From positions 8,080 to 72,079 of IMG/VR virus record IMGVR_UViG_3300025154_000076: DNA of 64,000 nt. The stretch is one strand, 5' to 3'. Shown one piece after another: positions 9,901 through 20,148 of the stretch. The notes beneath the pieces are model-generated. The model was not told the origin of the DNA and did not search any database. It saw only the letters and a program-made list of their open reading frames with translations. The DNA is from a virus. The translations under genes and the position numbers were made by a program. The stretch's first letter is position 1; each line of letters opens with the position of its first letter.

Positions 9901-12900
9901 AAATTTTGATAATTCTTTATTAAGGTTATTATCTACATTATCTAATAATTTATATACATCATCTAAATAATGACCTACTTCATGTGATATAACTTCAATA
10001 TTATTAGCCTTTTTAATAGCTATTAATGAACTTGAAGGACTATAATATCCTGCTACATTACGCTTCATAACAGAATATCGTATTTTCTTTTTCAATCCAT
10101 TGGCTAAATCAGTTAATATATTTCTAAGTTTCGGAACTTCTTGAAAATCTACATTATCTATCGGAGATGGTTCTGCCTCGTATTTTTTACCAGAAGATTC
10201 AACATCTGACAATAAGTCCCCTTTATTCCTCTCCTTCTTCAGCTTATTCAACTCCCCCCTTAATTTTTCAAGTTCAACAGGGTTGTTCTCATTATTTACC
10301 CTTTCTTGTAAATCATCTATTCTTTCTTCTGTAGTGAGTTCCTTCTTTTCTTTTGAACCCTTTACCTCCTCTTTTTTCTCTGTAATGGGTTCCTGCTTAA
10401 CTTCCGGTACATTAGCATTCTCAGGAAATAAATCATTCCCTTCTTTTAACCCTTGTCTTGTCTTAATTCTTCCCTCTACTGCTTTTACAAAATCTTTTCC
10501 TTTTTCTGTTATTATATAATCACCATATATTCCTGTTATATCATATTCTATGAACCCATTCTTTTCAAGTTTATCCTGCATGGTTTTACTTAATCCTTCT
10601 TCAAATGCATCAACAGGTTCTCCTTTACCATATTTATTATAAAGAAAACCGGCTTCCATTTCCTTCATACCCCTATTCTTTGACACCTCTTTTATAGCAG
10701 TTGTTTTGCTTACACTTACCTTTTTGTTAGGTGATAATTCCTTACCCTTAATAATGGGTTTCTCTATCTTTTTTGAACCCTTTACTTCCCCTTCTTTTCC
10801 TTGTATAACAGGCTTTTCTATTTTTTCCTTATCTAATTCCTTATCTTTCTCTATCTTATTTTGACCCTCTATTTCCTTTTCCTGTGTAATGGGTTCAATA
10901 GTTTCTTTACCATATTCTTTATTCCATTTTTCTACTATTTCTTTTGACCCCTTACTTTCCATTGCTTTATCAGAAAATTCTTGTAGTGTTCCATCTTTTT
11001 TTACAAGATTAACTTTACCATCTATTACAGTATAATCTGATTCACCTGCCTTTATAGTTTTTAATTCTGAACCCTCTATTTCCTCTTTTTTCTCTGTAAT
11101 GGGTTCAGCCTCTTTAATTTCTTCTTTGGGTTCTGTCTTAACTTCTTCTACCTTTTCTGATTCTTTGGGTTTAATATCTTTTCCCTCTCCTCTTTCGGTA
11201 ATCTGGCTAACTTCAACCTCGTTTGCAAGTTTAACCTTTTCTGTGGAGAATTCTCCTCTTTCTGCTTGTTCATTGATTCTATTATTTAAGTTAGTAATTT
11301 CTTCACCTAATATTTTTTGCATTGATTCTATCTGTTCTGTTGTATATTCTCGCTTAGTAGCATCTTTCATTGCTTCTAATTTTTTATATTCATTATATAA
11401 TAAATCAGATGCTTCTTTTAATCTTTCATTTACAACAGGTTCATTATTAGATATTTTATCTAATGTTTCCTCCACTGATTCAGATATATTAAGATCAGGT
11501 TCTTTCTCTAATTTCAATCTTTCCTGTACCTCTTTTATTTTTTCATCATATTCTAATCTTTCTTTCTGAACTTGCTCTTTAAATTCTTTTTTAACTTCTT
11601 CTCTAACTATTGGTTTTAATTCTTCTGGTTTATTTATTTTTTCACCTAATTCTACCTCTAACTCTTTTATTGACTTAATAATGGGTTCAACCTTTGCTTT
11701 TACTGTTTCCTCACCTAATGTTTCTTTTTGACTTTCAATATAATCTCTTTTTTCTTTTAGAATATTAATATCATCCTGTATTGCCCTTGTTTTTAGTAAC
11801 CCCTTATCTGTATTATTTACAGTGTTGTTAATTTTGTTTTTCCAATTAGCCTTTTCTTTGTCGCTTAACCATCCACTTTCATCAATAGCTTTAATAAATT
11901 GTTCGGGATTTTTTGTTACCTCTTTAGCCATTGCATTTATCAAAATGGTATTGTCAATAACATTCTTAGCTAATACCATTTCATTTTTTACTTCTGCATC
12001 CTTTTCTGTTGCTATTTTCTCCCCTAAATCTATTGATTGTTTCCTTAATTTTTTAGGGTCAATATCCATTTGAGAAATAGCCTCCACCGCCTTATCTGAT
12101 GATGTTAAAAAGGCTGTATATGCTTTTTTATTCATAGACCTATTCATCACATCAATAGACCCACTAAGCATATCTTTTGCCCCAAATGCAACACCCATAC
12201 CTGCTGCACTCAATACATTTTGAGATGTTATTTGTCCTGTTTCCTGATATTCTGTAATAGCTGCATCTGCACCAAATAAGACACCTGATGCAATAGAAGA
12301 AGTTGTTGGAGTTAATATAGGAGCAGCCTTTAATCCTTTAAATAAATCCCCTACCTGTCTTCCTGTCAAACCAAGTGCCTCATATTTTAATCCTTCCATA
12401 TATCCCTTACCAAAACCCATTGCTTTTTCAGGAATTGTTTCACCATGAACTGATTCCTTCATCCCTAATAACACCGGAAATTTAGGAATATGATTAATAC
12501 CATATTTAGCTAATTGTGCAATTTTCATTTCAGGCATAATTGGTAATGCCATTAAGTCTGGTAATATATGCCCAACACCTCCTGCAAATGACCCAAAAGC
12601 ATCATCAGGAGCATCCCAATCACCACCTATATTTTCAACCATATCAGCAGCCTTGCCTAATGTTGTTTTCTCATCCCCTTCATGTATATGATCCCATATT
12701 TCCCTTACTGATTTTAACCCTGCCTGAACATCTTCATCATATTTTTTGTTTTTAGCCTTTTTTATTGCACCAGGTACAGAATAATCATCAACCGTTCTCA
12801 TAAGTCCGGCAATACCACTCTGCACATTCTTAGCAAATGTCATTAAATATGAATTAGGAACACCACTACCAATCCCTTTTTCATATTTAATAGCTTCTTT

Positions 12901-13497
12901 TAATCTTTCATCCAATATTTCCCTTTCACCATCTCTTAATTTTCTTTCAATATTATCATTATCGCTAAATCCTATTACAGAACCCCTTATTCCCTTATAA
13001 TTCAAATAATCTTTAATAGTGTTTATTTCAGGTTCTAATTCAGGCATAACAATATCATTCTGAACCCTTGTACTTGATTGAGGTTGAATTGATTCTTGTT
13101 CTAATTCAGGTAATTTTTGAATAAATTCATCTCTTGCAGTTTGGTATTCACCAACTTTAGGAAAATCCATTTTTTGAAATGGATTAATAGGTAGTTTACT
13201 TGCTGATTGTGATTGTGATTGTTCCCCTTCCAATCCTTCTAATGAAGCTTGCGAAATGGGTTCTGAAACTTCTTCCTGAACACCAAGACCTGATCTTGCC
13301 ATACCTCCATGACCAAATGGAGATACTTGAGAGGGTTGTTCGATTTGTTCTTTTTTTTTTAACCCTTGTTCGTATTGTGGATATTTTTTTAAAATAGCTT
13401 CTACAAGTTTATTATCATCAATATCTTTATATACAGGATATTTTTCTTTTATTGCCTTTGCAAACTGTTCAACCGTATATTTATTGTCGTTATCCAT
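6910..13497 (-). CDS. large polyvalent / ejected virion protein (HExxH zincin-like motif, C-terminal LPD38-like domain)
   Basis: 2195 aa; ISHEVGH...EGFAE metallopeptidase-like motif; LPFTNAKIRG...IPKPFEVG...YFIKGTFSYFG resembles LPD38; lies after tail genes. Confidence 0.7.
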   Translation of the reverse strand: MDNDNKYTVEQFAKAIKEKYPVYKDIDDNKLVEAILKKYPQYEQGLKKKEQIEQPSQVSPFGHGGMARSGLGVQEEVSEPISQASLEGLEGEQSQSQSASKLPINPFQKMDFPKVGEYQTARDEFIQKLPELEQESIQPQSSTRVQNDIVMPELEPEINTIKDYLNYKGIRGSVIGFSDNDNIERKLRDGEREILDERLKEAIKYEKGIGSGVPNSYLMTFAKNVQSGIAGLMRTVDDYSVPGAIKKAKNKKYDEDVQAGLKSVREIWDHIHEGDEKTTLGKAADMVENIGGDWDAPDDAFGSFAGGVGHILPDLMALPIMPEMKIAQLAKYGINHIPKFPVLLGMKESVHGETIPEKAMGFGKGYMEGLKYEALGLTGRQVGDLFKGLKAAPILTPTTSSIASGVLFGADAAITEYQETGQITSQNVLSAAGMGVAFGAKDMLSGSIDVMNRSMNKKAYTAFLTSSDKAVEAISQMDIDPKKLRKQSIDLGEKIATEKDAEVKNEMVLAKNVIDNTILINAMAKEVTKNPEQFIKAIDESGWLSDKEKANWKNKINNTVNNTDKGLLKTRAIQDDINILKEKRDYIESQKETLGEETVKAKVEPIIKSIKELEVELGEKINKPEELKPIVREEVKKEFKEQVQKERLEYDEKIKEVQERLKLEKEPDLNISESVEETLDKISNNEPVVNERLKEASDLLYNEYKKLEAMKDATKREYTTEQIESMQKILGEEITNLNNRINEQAERGEFSTEKVKLANEVEVSQITERGEGKDIKPKESEKVEEVKTEPKEEIKEAEPITEKKEEIEGSELKTIKAGESDYTVIDGKVNLVKKDGTLQEFSDKAMESKGSKEIVEKWNKEYGKETIEPITQEKEIEGQNKIEKDKELDKEKIEKPVIQGKEGEVKGSKKIEKPIIKGKELSPNKKVSVSKTTAIKEVSKNRGMKEMEAGFLYNKYGKGEPVDAFEEGLSKTMQDKLEKNGFIEYDITGIYGDYIITEKGKDFVKAVEGRIKTRQGLKEGNDLFPENANVPEVKQEPITEKKEEVKGSKEKKELTTEERIDDLQERVNNENNPVELEKLRGELNKLKKERNKGDLLSDVESSGKKYEAEPSPIDNVDFQEVPKLRNILTDLANGLKKKIRYSVMKRNVAGYYSPSSSLIAIKKANNIEVISHEVGHYLDDVYKLLDNVDNNLNKELSKFWAGGSRPPRGVSKAEKLKYKQQEGFAEWLRVFVLNPEAAKESALIYDLYNSKVDKSTKDVIGNFSNQMRGLLSATKISSVSSIIHSSNPEKRSLARKIFPKFLIEPFKSKASFLTRVDNQYFHGEDGFRKAMKVKGVESVLPHKDFEILSRLTLGHDDVFFNVMEKGMVNGEMKRKIDEKTGMPKTRTWLFEPAKGKEFEKDIAINTNRMIADRTIEFVDRLTKRKILEDIEQGKLPPEEVLKNFPELLKKETKILRTDVDGNMTVRELIEEMKFNDIKPEDKKLYDFTHLDVSGISLGVKGKKRNDYLVAKDIIKEYDQIIKNNPDKKEIYDELKRRYQDFANDNLLFAVEKGRISKEQYDLIKELNAEYIAFARIKQTEIGGDIFENAFFSDGTSSIGNVKEVIHRLKGSSRDMVDPYVALINSTYEIMKDAKRNEAMVAFRDMLTIQRGMREGDVMDLAEIGFRVKSKDSYTIPIYVKGEKEYWRFSPDIYESLIGIHDISHDLPLIFTAYAKILRPSVTKFPTFQVRNRIRDFQNRLVISSLFPKFSNFRNKTKGYNDYELFGGGQFGYHLRNKGSYYDMIQKTMKEAKTENTIFVKPSDLAKMYDKLLGNSEKKTRIEEFYNVYDHYKKKGYSDYDAKLKAAFEARDLLDFKVIGGYVVALNDMLPFTNAKIRGFSKLVKTMHKHPGQFTAKFLIYAMLPQIANTLLIRNQDDDIIEEYKNLPNYRRDLFYNIPIHKLGMKRIHWLTIPKPFEVGLMASLIGRFVDAAVLDDKLEDQFDSDYVKFITKGLSPIDMTGITTNSGSVKSLTSNYDAFRGQNIIPEYEKDIDVRLRKTEQSSRLGKLGQKLSKDSFDPRQVDYFIKGTFSYFGDFGIRLSNIGSETAKDKIGWELTGLAKESYDSPYGNKDVKWVVDNAKKYKLGKDDDYKELNALLVAYRNETDEGKKEEIKKAIDDYADKLKKLWKDKDLMEYHNKLYYDKPETKSSSIYIP

Positions 13498-13503
13498 TAT
13501 TGA

Positions 13504-15099
13504 TTATTTAATTAAATCTAAAACACCCATTGGATCTTCAGTATCTTCTTCACTTTCTTGCTGTTTAGTTTCCTTCTTTTTTTCATCCTCCCAGTAATAC
13601 CCCTGATCAGGATTAGAATCAGGTGCAGTAATTTGTTTTAATTCAGATGCATTATTTTGATTATAAGGTATTAATACAGTTCTTGTTTTTTTCTTTGTTT
13701 CACCATCTACCTTAACTTCTACTTCTGTTGTACCCATTATCCATTTGTTAGGCTTAGTTTTTGACTGATAAAATGTTTTTGGATTAGTAACCCCATCTTT
13801 TGTAGAATATTTACCATATACCATATCAAATATTCTATTTAATTCCTTTTCTTCAATTTCAACAACGCCATCAACTTCTATTTTCTTTAAATTTTCAACA
13901 TCAATTTTTTCATCAGAACCGAGTGCGGATAACATAATCATACCATCATAATCTGCATGATTAATATCCATATACTTACCACCCTTTTTAAGTTTATCTT
14001 GTTTTTTTGCCCTTATCTTACCTAATGAAGCATTTTCTCCAATGGATATATCAACATCATTAGTACTTAAAACACTTACTTCTTTTGAATATGTACCCCT
14101 TCCCTGCTTTGATTGATAGTCAATATCACTTTCATCAATATTTTGTGTACTCTTTTTATATACCGATCTTTCAAACATTCCCTTTTTATCCTGAAACACC
14201 TTATCAACCATTTCCTGTTCAAATGTGTCTTTAATATCAGGATGCTGAACAACCTCTGATAAGTCTATTTCGTTTCGTAACCATGCATCTTTTAAACCCT
14301 TGTATTTTGGGTCATTATCTATCAGATGCCTTGCTACAGCATAATGCATATTCGGATTAGCATTTAGTTGTGATTTAATGAATTTTTTAACCTCTACATC
14401 ATTTAATGTTCCATCAAGCTTAGTAAACACCAAATCTGATTTTACAGATTTAGTTACCTCTTGTCCATTTTCCTCTGTTTCAACCTCTATCATTCGCTCT
14501 CCTTGTGTAAATGCATCAATAGATTTGGAAAGAAGGGGTTCATAATCAACAGGTTTAGGAACGATCAAGCCTTTTGGACTTTGCCATCCTTCTATAATAT
14601 TTTCTTCTAAGGCTTCAAGTCTTGCTTTTGAAGCATCTACATCTATATTTTTATTTTTTGAGTTATCAAGAACTACATTAAATGCCTCACCCAATTCTTT
14701 TTCTTGTGCTTGTTTTTCTTTATCCCATGCTTCAAACCCTGCTATTTGATTTTCTAAATCCAATCTATCCTTATATGTTAATACTCCAAATTTATCCTTC
14801 AATCTTTTTTTAGCATCAGAATCAATAGCCTTCATTCTTTTTTCTGCTTCTTCGGTTATCTTATCACTCTTATACGTTTTACCATAAGGAATTTTCTTAA
14901 ATAACTCTTGTTTATTTTTTTGGTTTTGTTCAATAATACCTGACACAGAATCCATTACACCCTGTATATTCTGTCCTGTTCTGTAACCCTTTTCTCTTTC
15001 TGTTTCAATAGGGTCAAATGAAGAAGGGGTAAAAGTAAATATAGGGTTATCCCCTGTATATCTTCTAAATGGTGTATTTTGTTGAAATCTTCTTGCCAT
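13504..15099 (-). CDS. putative internal virion/ejection protein
   Basis: 531 aa, charged and helical; podovirus ejection-protein position. Confidence 0.5.
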   Translation of the reverse strand: MARRFQQNTPFRRYTGDNPIFTFTPSSFDPIETEREKGYRTGQNIQGVMDSVSGIIEQNQKNKQELFKKIPYGKTYKSDKITEEAEKRMKAIDSDAKKRLKDKFGVLTYKDRLDLENQIAGFEAWDKEKQAQEKELGEAFNVVLDNSKNKNIDVDASKARLEALEENIIEGWQSPKGLIVPKPVDYEPLLSKSIDAFTQGERMIEVETEENGQEVTKSVKSDLVFTKLDGTLNDVEVKKFIKSQLNANPNMHYAVARHLIDNDPKYKGLKDAWLRNEIDLSEVVQHPDIKDTFEQEMVDKVFQDKKGMFERSVYKKSTQNIDESDIDYQSKQGRGTYSKEVSVLSTNDVDISIGENASLGKIRAKKQDKLKKGGKYMDINHADYDGMIMLSALGSDEKIDVENLKKIEVDGVVEIEEKELNRIFDMVYGKYSTKDGVTNPKTFYQSKTKPNKWIMGTTEVEVKVDGETKKKTRTVLIPYNQNNASELKQITAPDSNPDQGYYWEDEKKKETKQQESEEDTEDPMGVLDLIK

Positions 15100-15113
15100 T
15101 ATCTTTGTTTTAA

Positions 15114-15956
15114 TTATTTTACACCAGTAACTGCACTTGCGCCACCAGTAATTGCATTACCAACTAAATTAGTTCCAAAACCAATTAATTGAAACAACCT
15201 ATCTTGTGCATTCATGGCTCTTTGATTTGCCACCCCTGCCTGATTGCCTCTTGATGTCCAATAATTAGCATCTCCCGAAAATTCTAAATTATCCGCCCTG
15301 TTCATTTTTTGTTCCCAAGGAGCAAGTTGATTTAGGTTCCATGCCTGATCTTCATATCCTGCCATTTCTCCATAAGCCCCTGCTAATACCATTTGGTTTT
15401 GTCTTTCTATTTGCGATCGTTGCATTTCATTGTCCTGTGCTATTCTTGCTGATTCAATAGATATATCCTGCATCCGGTTTCTGTTTTCAACACCCATATC
15501 TGCCAATGCACCTATATCAGCTCCTCCACCTCCACCCATTTCTTTTATGGCCCCTAACCTTGCTGCTGTATCTGAAGCAAGTCTTTGTTCATATTGTGCT
15601 TTGCCGGGCATCTCTCTTACAGTGGGGATGTTTCCTAATGATTGCATGATAGATAACACCTGGTTCATTGATTCAGGTATTTCATATTTAGGCATTTCAC
15701 CTGCTTCTGTTCTTAATGCTTCACCCTCAGCTCTCTGTTCTTGTGCATAAGCCATCATATCTTCAAGATATTTATCCATAGAACTCCTTGCATCTCGCAT
15801 TGGATCACCAATGTATTTATCATATTGTCGACCTGCAAATCGTCCTAATGGGCCACCTAAAATAGCTCCCCATGATTCACCCGGATTTTCATCAAAAGCA
15901 TTATTCCATTTATCTCGCCTTTCTTGCCTTCGTTCTATTCTATCTGCTTTGCTCAT
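15114..15956 (-). CDS. putative ejection (DNA pilot-like) protein
   Basis: Gly/Ala/Gln/Met-rich with hydrophobic Gly-rich termini. Confidence 0.55.
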   Translation of the reverse strand: MSKADRIERRQERRDKWNNAFDENPGESWGAILGGPLGRFAGRQYDKYIGDPMRDARSSMDKYLEDMMAYAQEQRAEGEALRTEAGEMPKYEIPESMNQVLSIMQSLGNIPTVREMPGKAQYEQRLASDTAARLGAIKEMGGGGGADIGALADMGVENRNRMQDISIESARIAQDNEMQRSQIERQNQMVLAGAYGEMAGYEDQAWNLNQLAPWEQKMNRADNLEFSGDANYWTSRGNQAGVANQRAMNAQDRLFQLIGFGTNLVGNAITGGASAVTGVK

Positions 15957-16063
15957 ATCGTTAGTTTTAAAATTATATCATAAAAACAAGTTCTGCATAC
16001 TTACAAATATACAGAACTTGCGACACACACACAAGACATACTTTATACGTAACTTAACTTCTA

Positions 16064-19000
16064 TCATAGGCTATTCTTTTCAGAAAAATTACAATCAACA
16101 ACTACTGAAAAAAGGTTCACCTCCTCCGTATTGGTATGTTGCATAGTTATCTCCATAACTTTTCCTCTTAATAACCTTCCATTTATTATTGCATCCTTAC
16201 CTGTCTTACCGGGTGTGTTTGAATCTCTTAAAAAAGCAGCATGTATAACCCCTTCTTTGAATGTCATTACTTTGGGTTTTAATACCGATGACATGCCACT
16301 TGGGTACATCTTTGAAGATGGTATTGAAATACTGGTTATATCCCAATTGGTTGTATCATCTGTTTTATTATACACATTATTATCTGTATGCATTGAAATA
16401 TTCATAAACAATTTATTCCTTAATGCCTCTGCATTTACCACATACTTTACACTCACATCTCTTTGTTCACCGAATAAATGATTATAGGTATCGTTTATTT
16501 CATGCCTCCATAATGTTCCTTCCATAAAGGAAAACATGGTTTGACCCATTGCTGCAATATGTTCTACCAGGGTATTATCTTCCTTGCTTAAATTCAAATA
16601 ATGGGTACAACCATTTTTATCTTCATTAAAAACAACAGCATTTACCGTTGTTCCATCGATCATTACTAAAACATATTCATTAAAATCATCTATAAAGGTT
16701 GCAAATACACTTACTGTATTGGTTGATTCTCTTAATGTTTTACACTTCTCTTTAAACCATGTGTCCATGAAATAAGCTGATACAACCTGTTGCCCATTAG
16801 GAGAAGAACGGATTACTGACCCCTTATTTCGATCTAAGTAATACAAATGCCTGTTATGTTTAACTACAGACCTATAATCCTGACATCCATAGTCATCTTC
16901 AAGAGCATAAATGGTTCCTAATACAGCATTGGATGAAACAACAAAATCACCTGAAGTAACGCTTGCTTCTGTCAACACCTTTCTGCCTATGTATGCTGAA
17001 TTCTCTTTGTGTTCCTGTAATATTTTTAACACATCACCAACCTCTATCATGGCTGTAACTGCTCCAAATTTCTCTCCCAACACTACATAATCATCATAAT
17101 CGAATGAATGTAAATAATTAAGTTCTGTATTATCAATATATCTGCCTCCGAACCTTACATGGCCATAGTATCTTTTTTGCCTTGCACTCGAATTAAAAGA
17201 GTTTAATCTGCCATAATCATAGTTTTCTGAACTATAAAAATCATTCATGTTATTCCTTGCTACAGGAAAGGCTAAATGACTATCATTTCTGTACCCAAAA
17301 TAAGAATCACCACTATTCATTGTTCCACTTGCAGGAGTGGTTAAGTCAGATGATTGATTTGTTTCCCCTGAACCTGCCTTGTGATAAGCATTTGCTGTTC
17401 CTGCATTTGTTATCTCATAAGTTTTACCAATTGAGTTATAAACTTTTTCGTCTAAGTTACCAACAGGTGTATATATTTCTGCAATAAAATAATTTGCAGA
17501 ATCATAGTCAAAAATCTTATTTATACCCTCTATAATAATTTCATAATACCCATTATCGTCATCTTCCCCTCCCGATATACCGCCTTCTAATAATTCAGCC
17601 AATGGAACCCAGTTTCCTGTTCCTGTTTTACTTCCTATGATTCTTATTTTATCCCCTGTATTTGCTGCATATTCTGATAATACAGAATTGTAATTGTTCT
17701 CATTAAACAATTGTACAAACTCATTTATCCTAATCCTTACATTGCCATTACTGTCAATTCTATAACTATCAAACTTATACCATTCAAAATCAGGTACATT
17801 ATCATAAATTTTCCACCTCCAATAATAAGCCCAAATAGGGGGTCTATGAGAAATAGTCCAATTAACTTTAATGTAATTATATAATGTACTTACCCCTAAT
17901 TCAGAATAAGAAGGAATAACCACTACACTATCTTTTGATATGTTAACATTGCCAAATCTACCTTGCTTGTCAGCATATTCAATTCCAAAATATTTTGTTC
18001 CGGTATGATAATGTTTATATACAGGCATATTACGTACTGTGTATAGCCTTAAACTAATTCCTGATGTGGTTAACGTATAGGTACTTCCCCCTTGCGATCT
18101 GCTATACGCTAATATAGAAACAAATAGATATTCATTAGATCCACTACCTTCTGTTAATACAATTGTAAACCTTGTTTCTTCTTGTTCAAAATAATCATTT
18201 AATACATCGCTTATTCTTTTAAATAACTTTCTTGGATAAAAATTATATATAAAAGTTGTGCCTGTAGCTGTACCTATGGCTATATTATTGACCAGAATAG
18301 TGGTAGAAGAATATATACTTGTAATATATGTACCTGATGGAAAATTAGCATTAGTAATAGTCATTCCTGAACTTAAAATTGATGTATCCGCTATTCCTCC
18401 TATTAAAGATGCTCCAGTTAGAACATTACCTGTAAAAGTGTCTGTTGCTAAATCATCAGCCAATACATCAAAAGAATAAGAATAAGTTTCATCAACCCAT
18501 TCTCTTTCCCCAGAATCAGGGGTTCCATTTTTTAATACTAATTCAAATACTACCTTTTCCCCTTCACTTACTTCATTTGACCCATTCTTCTGTATTTTAT
18601 AAAGAAAAAAACTTGATACAGCAGAAACATATGAAGAAGCAAAATCTATTGTAGCCTGTAATGAAGATAATGCACTTATACTTTGTGCTGCATAAGATAA
18701 ACTAACATCAATATCTACATTATCGAACCCTTGTACATAGTTTGCAAAAGCTATCCTTGTATTGGCAAATGCTTCTTGTGAATCAGCCAATAATGGTACA
18801 TAATCAAAGGGCCTTGCTACATCACTTTGATCTAATGCTGTTCCTGCCTTATCGTTATAAAATGGATATAATGAATTTAAGTCTGAATAAGCTAATAAAT
18901 CAAAGGTAGTTCCGCTTGCTGTAGCTGCTGCATTACATACAATTATAGACCCGGAAAGAGTAGTACCAACTGTTACTGGTGTTGAAAAATTATCCCCACC

Positions 19001-20092
19001 AATATACATTCCTGCATCAATTAACCCTATTATAGTTGAATCCACCCCTGTAATATTTACAGATCCTTCCGTTACCGTACCTGAAAATGTTCCTACTACC
19101 TTGTATTCACCATCAGAATCATATTTCTCAATAGTATCATATAATAACCAATCTCCATTATTCCCTTCCCTAACCAATATATCAACCTTATGAACCAATG
19201 CATGACCCATACTTAGTTTTAGCACGATCATATTATTAACCAGATAATCCTCGTTAAACTGATTATTCACATAAATTTCATTCTCAGGGATAACTATTTT
19301 AGAGTATTCTGATAACACTGTCTTAGCATAATCATCATAAATATACCGGTACGCAAACTGAAACTGTTTTTTCCTTAGTAAATTGGATTTAAAGGTAGTA
19401 TCTGATATATAATCGTATGTGGGTTCAAAATAAGGCGGATACTTAATAAAAGACAACAATTGTGCATCTATACTACTATAAGCATCTATTGTTCTTTCGT
19501 TTTCCCAATAGGTAGTTTCTGTATCAGGAGTTTTATTTGTTCCTGCCTGAATGCATTTATACCTTACACTTGAATAACTTACAAAATCCCCTATTTCATA
19601 TGCAACAGAATTACTATAAGCTGTAAGACTATAATCTGATGCTTTTTTTATGTTTATACTTCGTATAGGATTATTATTATCTGTCCACACTAATTCATCA
19701 CCTATTACATTTGCTCTTTTTATAGGATAAGTTAAACTAAATGCAAGCAAGGCATCTTTTAAAATCAATTCAATAGTATTTGTATCAACCCATACTCTGT
19801 ATATTGCATTACTGGAAGCAGTGGAATTGTATAAAAAATAAATAATAGCATTGTTTTCTATATCATCACATGAATTCATGACAATAGAATTGGCTGCAAT
19901 AGTAGGGTTTGCTTCGTGGTATATATCTGAATTAGCATCAGTGGTGGATAGGTTGCCTTTTAGATTAACTGCATTACCATACTTATTCCTTGCATTAAAT
20001 AAAGACCTGTAATTTGATTTATCAATAACCTCATTAGCTGAATCATTATCCATTACTCCATTAAAGAATTGTATGTGTTTTACTTGACCCAT
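16064..20092 (-). CDS. tail nozzle/stabilization protein (tail tubular protein B-like)
   Basis: 1342 aa, beta-rich; follows three ring-protein-like genes as in crAss-like phages; CBM5/12-like insert AYSNSVAYEIGDFVSY...YW. Confidence 0.7.
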   Translation of the reverse strand: MGQVKHIQFFNGVMDNDSANEVIDKSNYRSLFNARNKYGNAVNLKGNLSTTDANSDIYHEANPTIAANSIVMNSCDDIENNAIIYFLYNSTASSNAIYRVWVDTNTIELILKDALLAFSLTYPIKRANVIGDELVWTDNNNPIRSINIKKASDYSLTAYSNSVAYEIGDFVSYSSVRYKCIQAGTNKTPDTETTYWENERTIDAYSSIDAQLLSFIKYPPYFEPTYDYISDTTFKSNLLRKKQFQFAYRYIYDDYAKTVLSEYSKIVIPENEIYVNNQFNEDYLVNNMIVLKLSMGHALVHKVDILVREGNNGDWLLYDTIEKYDSDGEYKVVGTFSGTVTEGSVNITGVDSTIIGLIDAGMYIGGDNFSTPVTVGTTLSGSIIVCNAAATASGTTFDLLAYSDLNSLYPFYNDKAGTALDQSDVARPFDYVPLLADSQEAFANTRIAFANYVQGFDNVDIDVSLSYAAQSISALSSLQATIDFASSYVSAVSSFFLYKIQKNGSNEVSEGEKVVFELVLKNGTPDSGEREWVDETYSYSFDVLADDLATDTFTGNVLTGASLIGGIADTSILSSGMTITNANFPSGTYITSIYSSTTILVNNIAIGTATGTTFIYNFYPRKLFKRISDVLNDYFEQEETRFTIVLTEGSGSNEYLFVSILAYSRSQGGSTYTLTTSGISLRLYTVRNMPVYKHYHTGTKYFGIEYADKQGRFGNVNISKDSVVVIPSYSELGVSTLYNYIKVNWTISHRPPIWAYYWRWKIYDNVPDFEWYKFDSYRIDSNGNVRIRINEFVQLFNENNYNSVLSEYAANTGDKIRIIGSKTGTGNWVPLAELLEGGISGGEDDDNGYYEIIIEGINKIFDYDSANYFIAEIYTPVGNLDEKVYNSIGKTYEITNAGTANAYHKAGSGETNQSSDLTTPASGTMNSGDSYFGYRNDSHLAFPVARNNMNDFYSSENYDYGRLNSFNSSARQKRYYGHVRFGGRYIDNTELNYLHSFDYDDYVVLGEKFGAVTAMIEVGDVLKILQEHKENSAYIGRKVLTEASVTSGDFVVSSNAVLGTIYALEDDYGCQDYRSVVKHNRHLYYLDRNKGSVIRSSPNGQQVVSAYFMDTWFKEKCKTLRESTNTVSVFATFIDDFNEYVLVMIDGTTVNAVVFNEDKNGCTHYLNLSKEDNTLVEHIAAMGQTMFSFMEGTLWRHEINDTYNHLFGEQRDVSVKYVVNAEALRNKLFMNISMHTDNNVYNKTDDTTNWDITSISIPSSKMYPSGMSSVLKPKVMTFKEGVIHAAFLRDSNTPGKTGKDAIINGRLLRGKVMEITMQHTNTEEVNLFSVVVDCNFSEKNSL

Positions 20093-20148
20093 TATTTATT
20101 TTATTAACATTTTTTAATGTATTATGAACAATGTTTTTATTTTTTACA

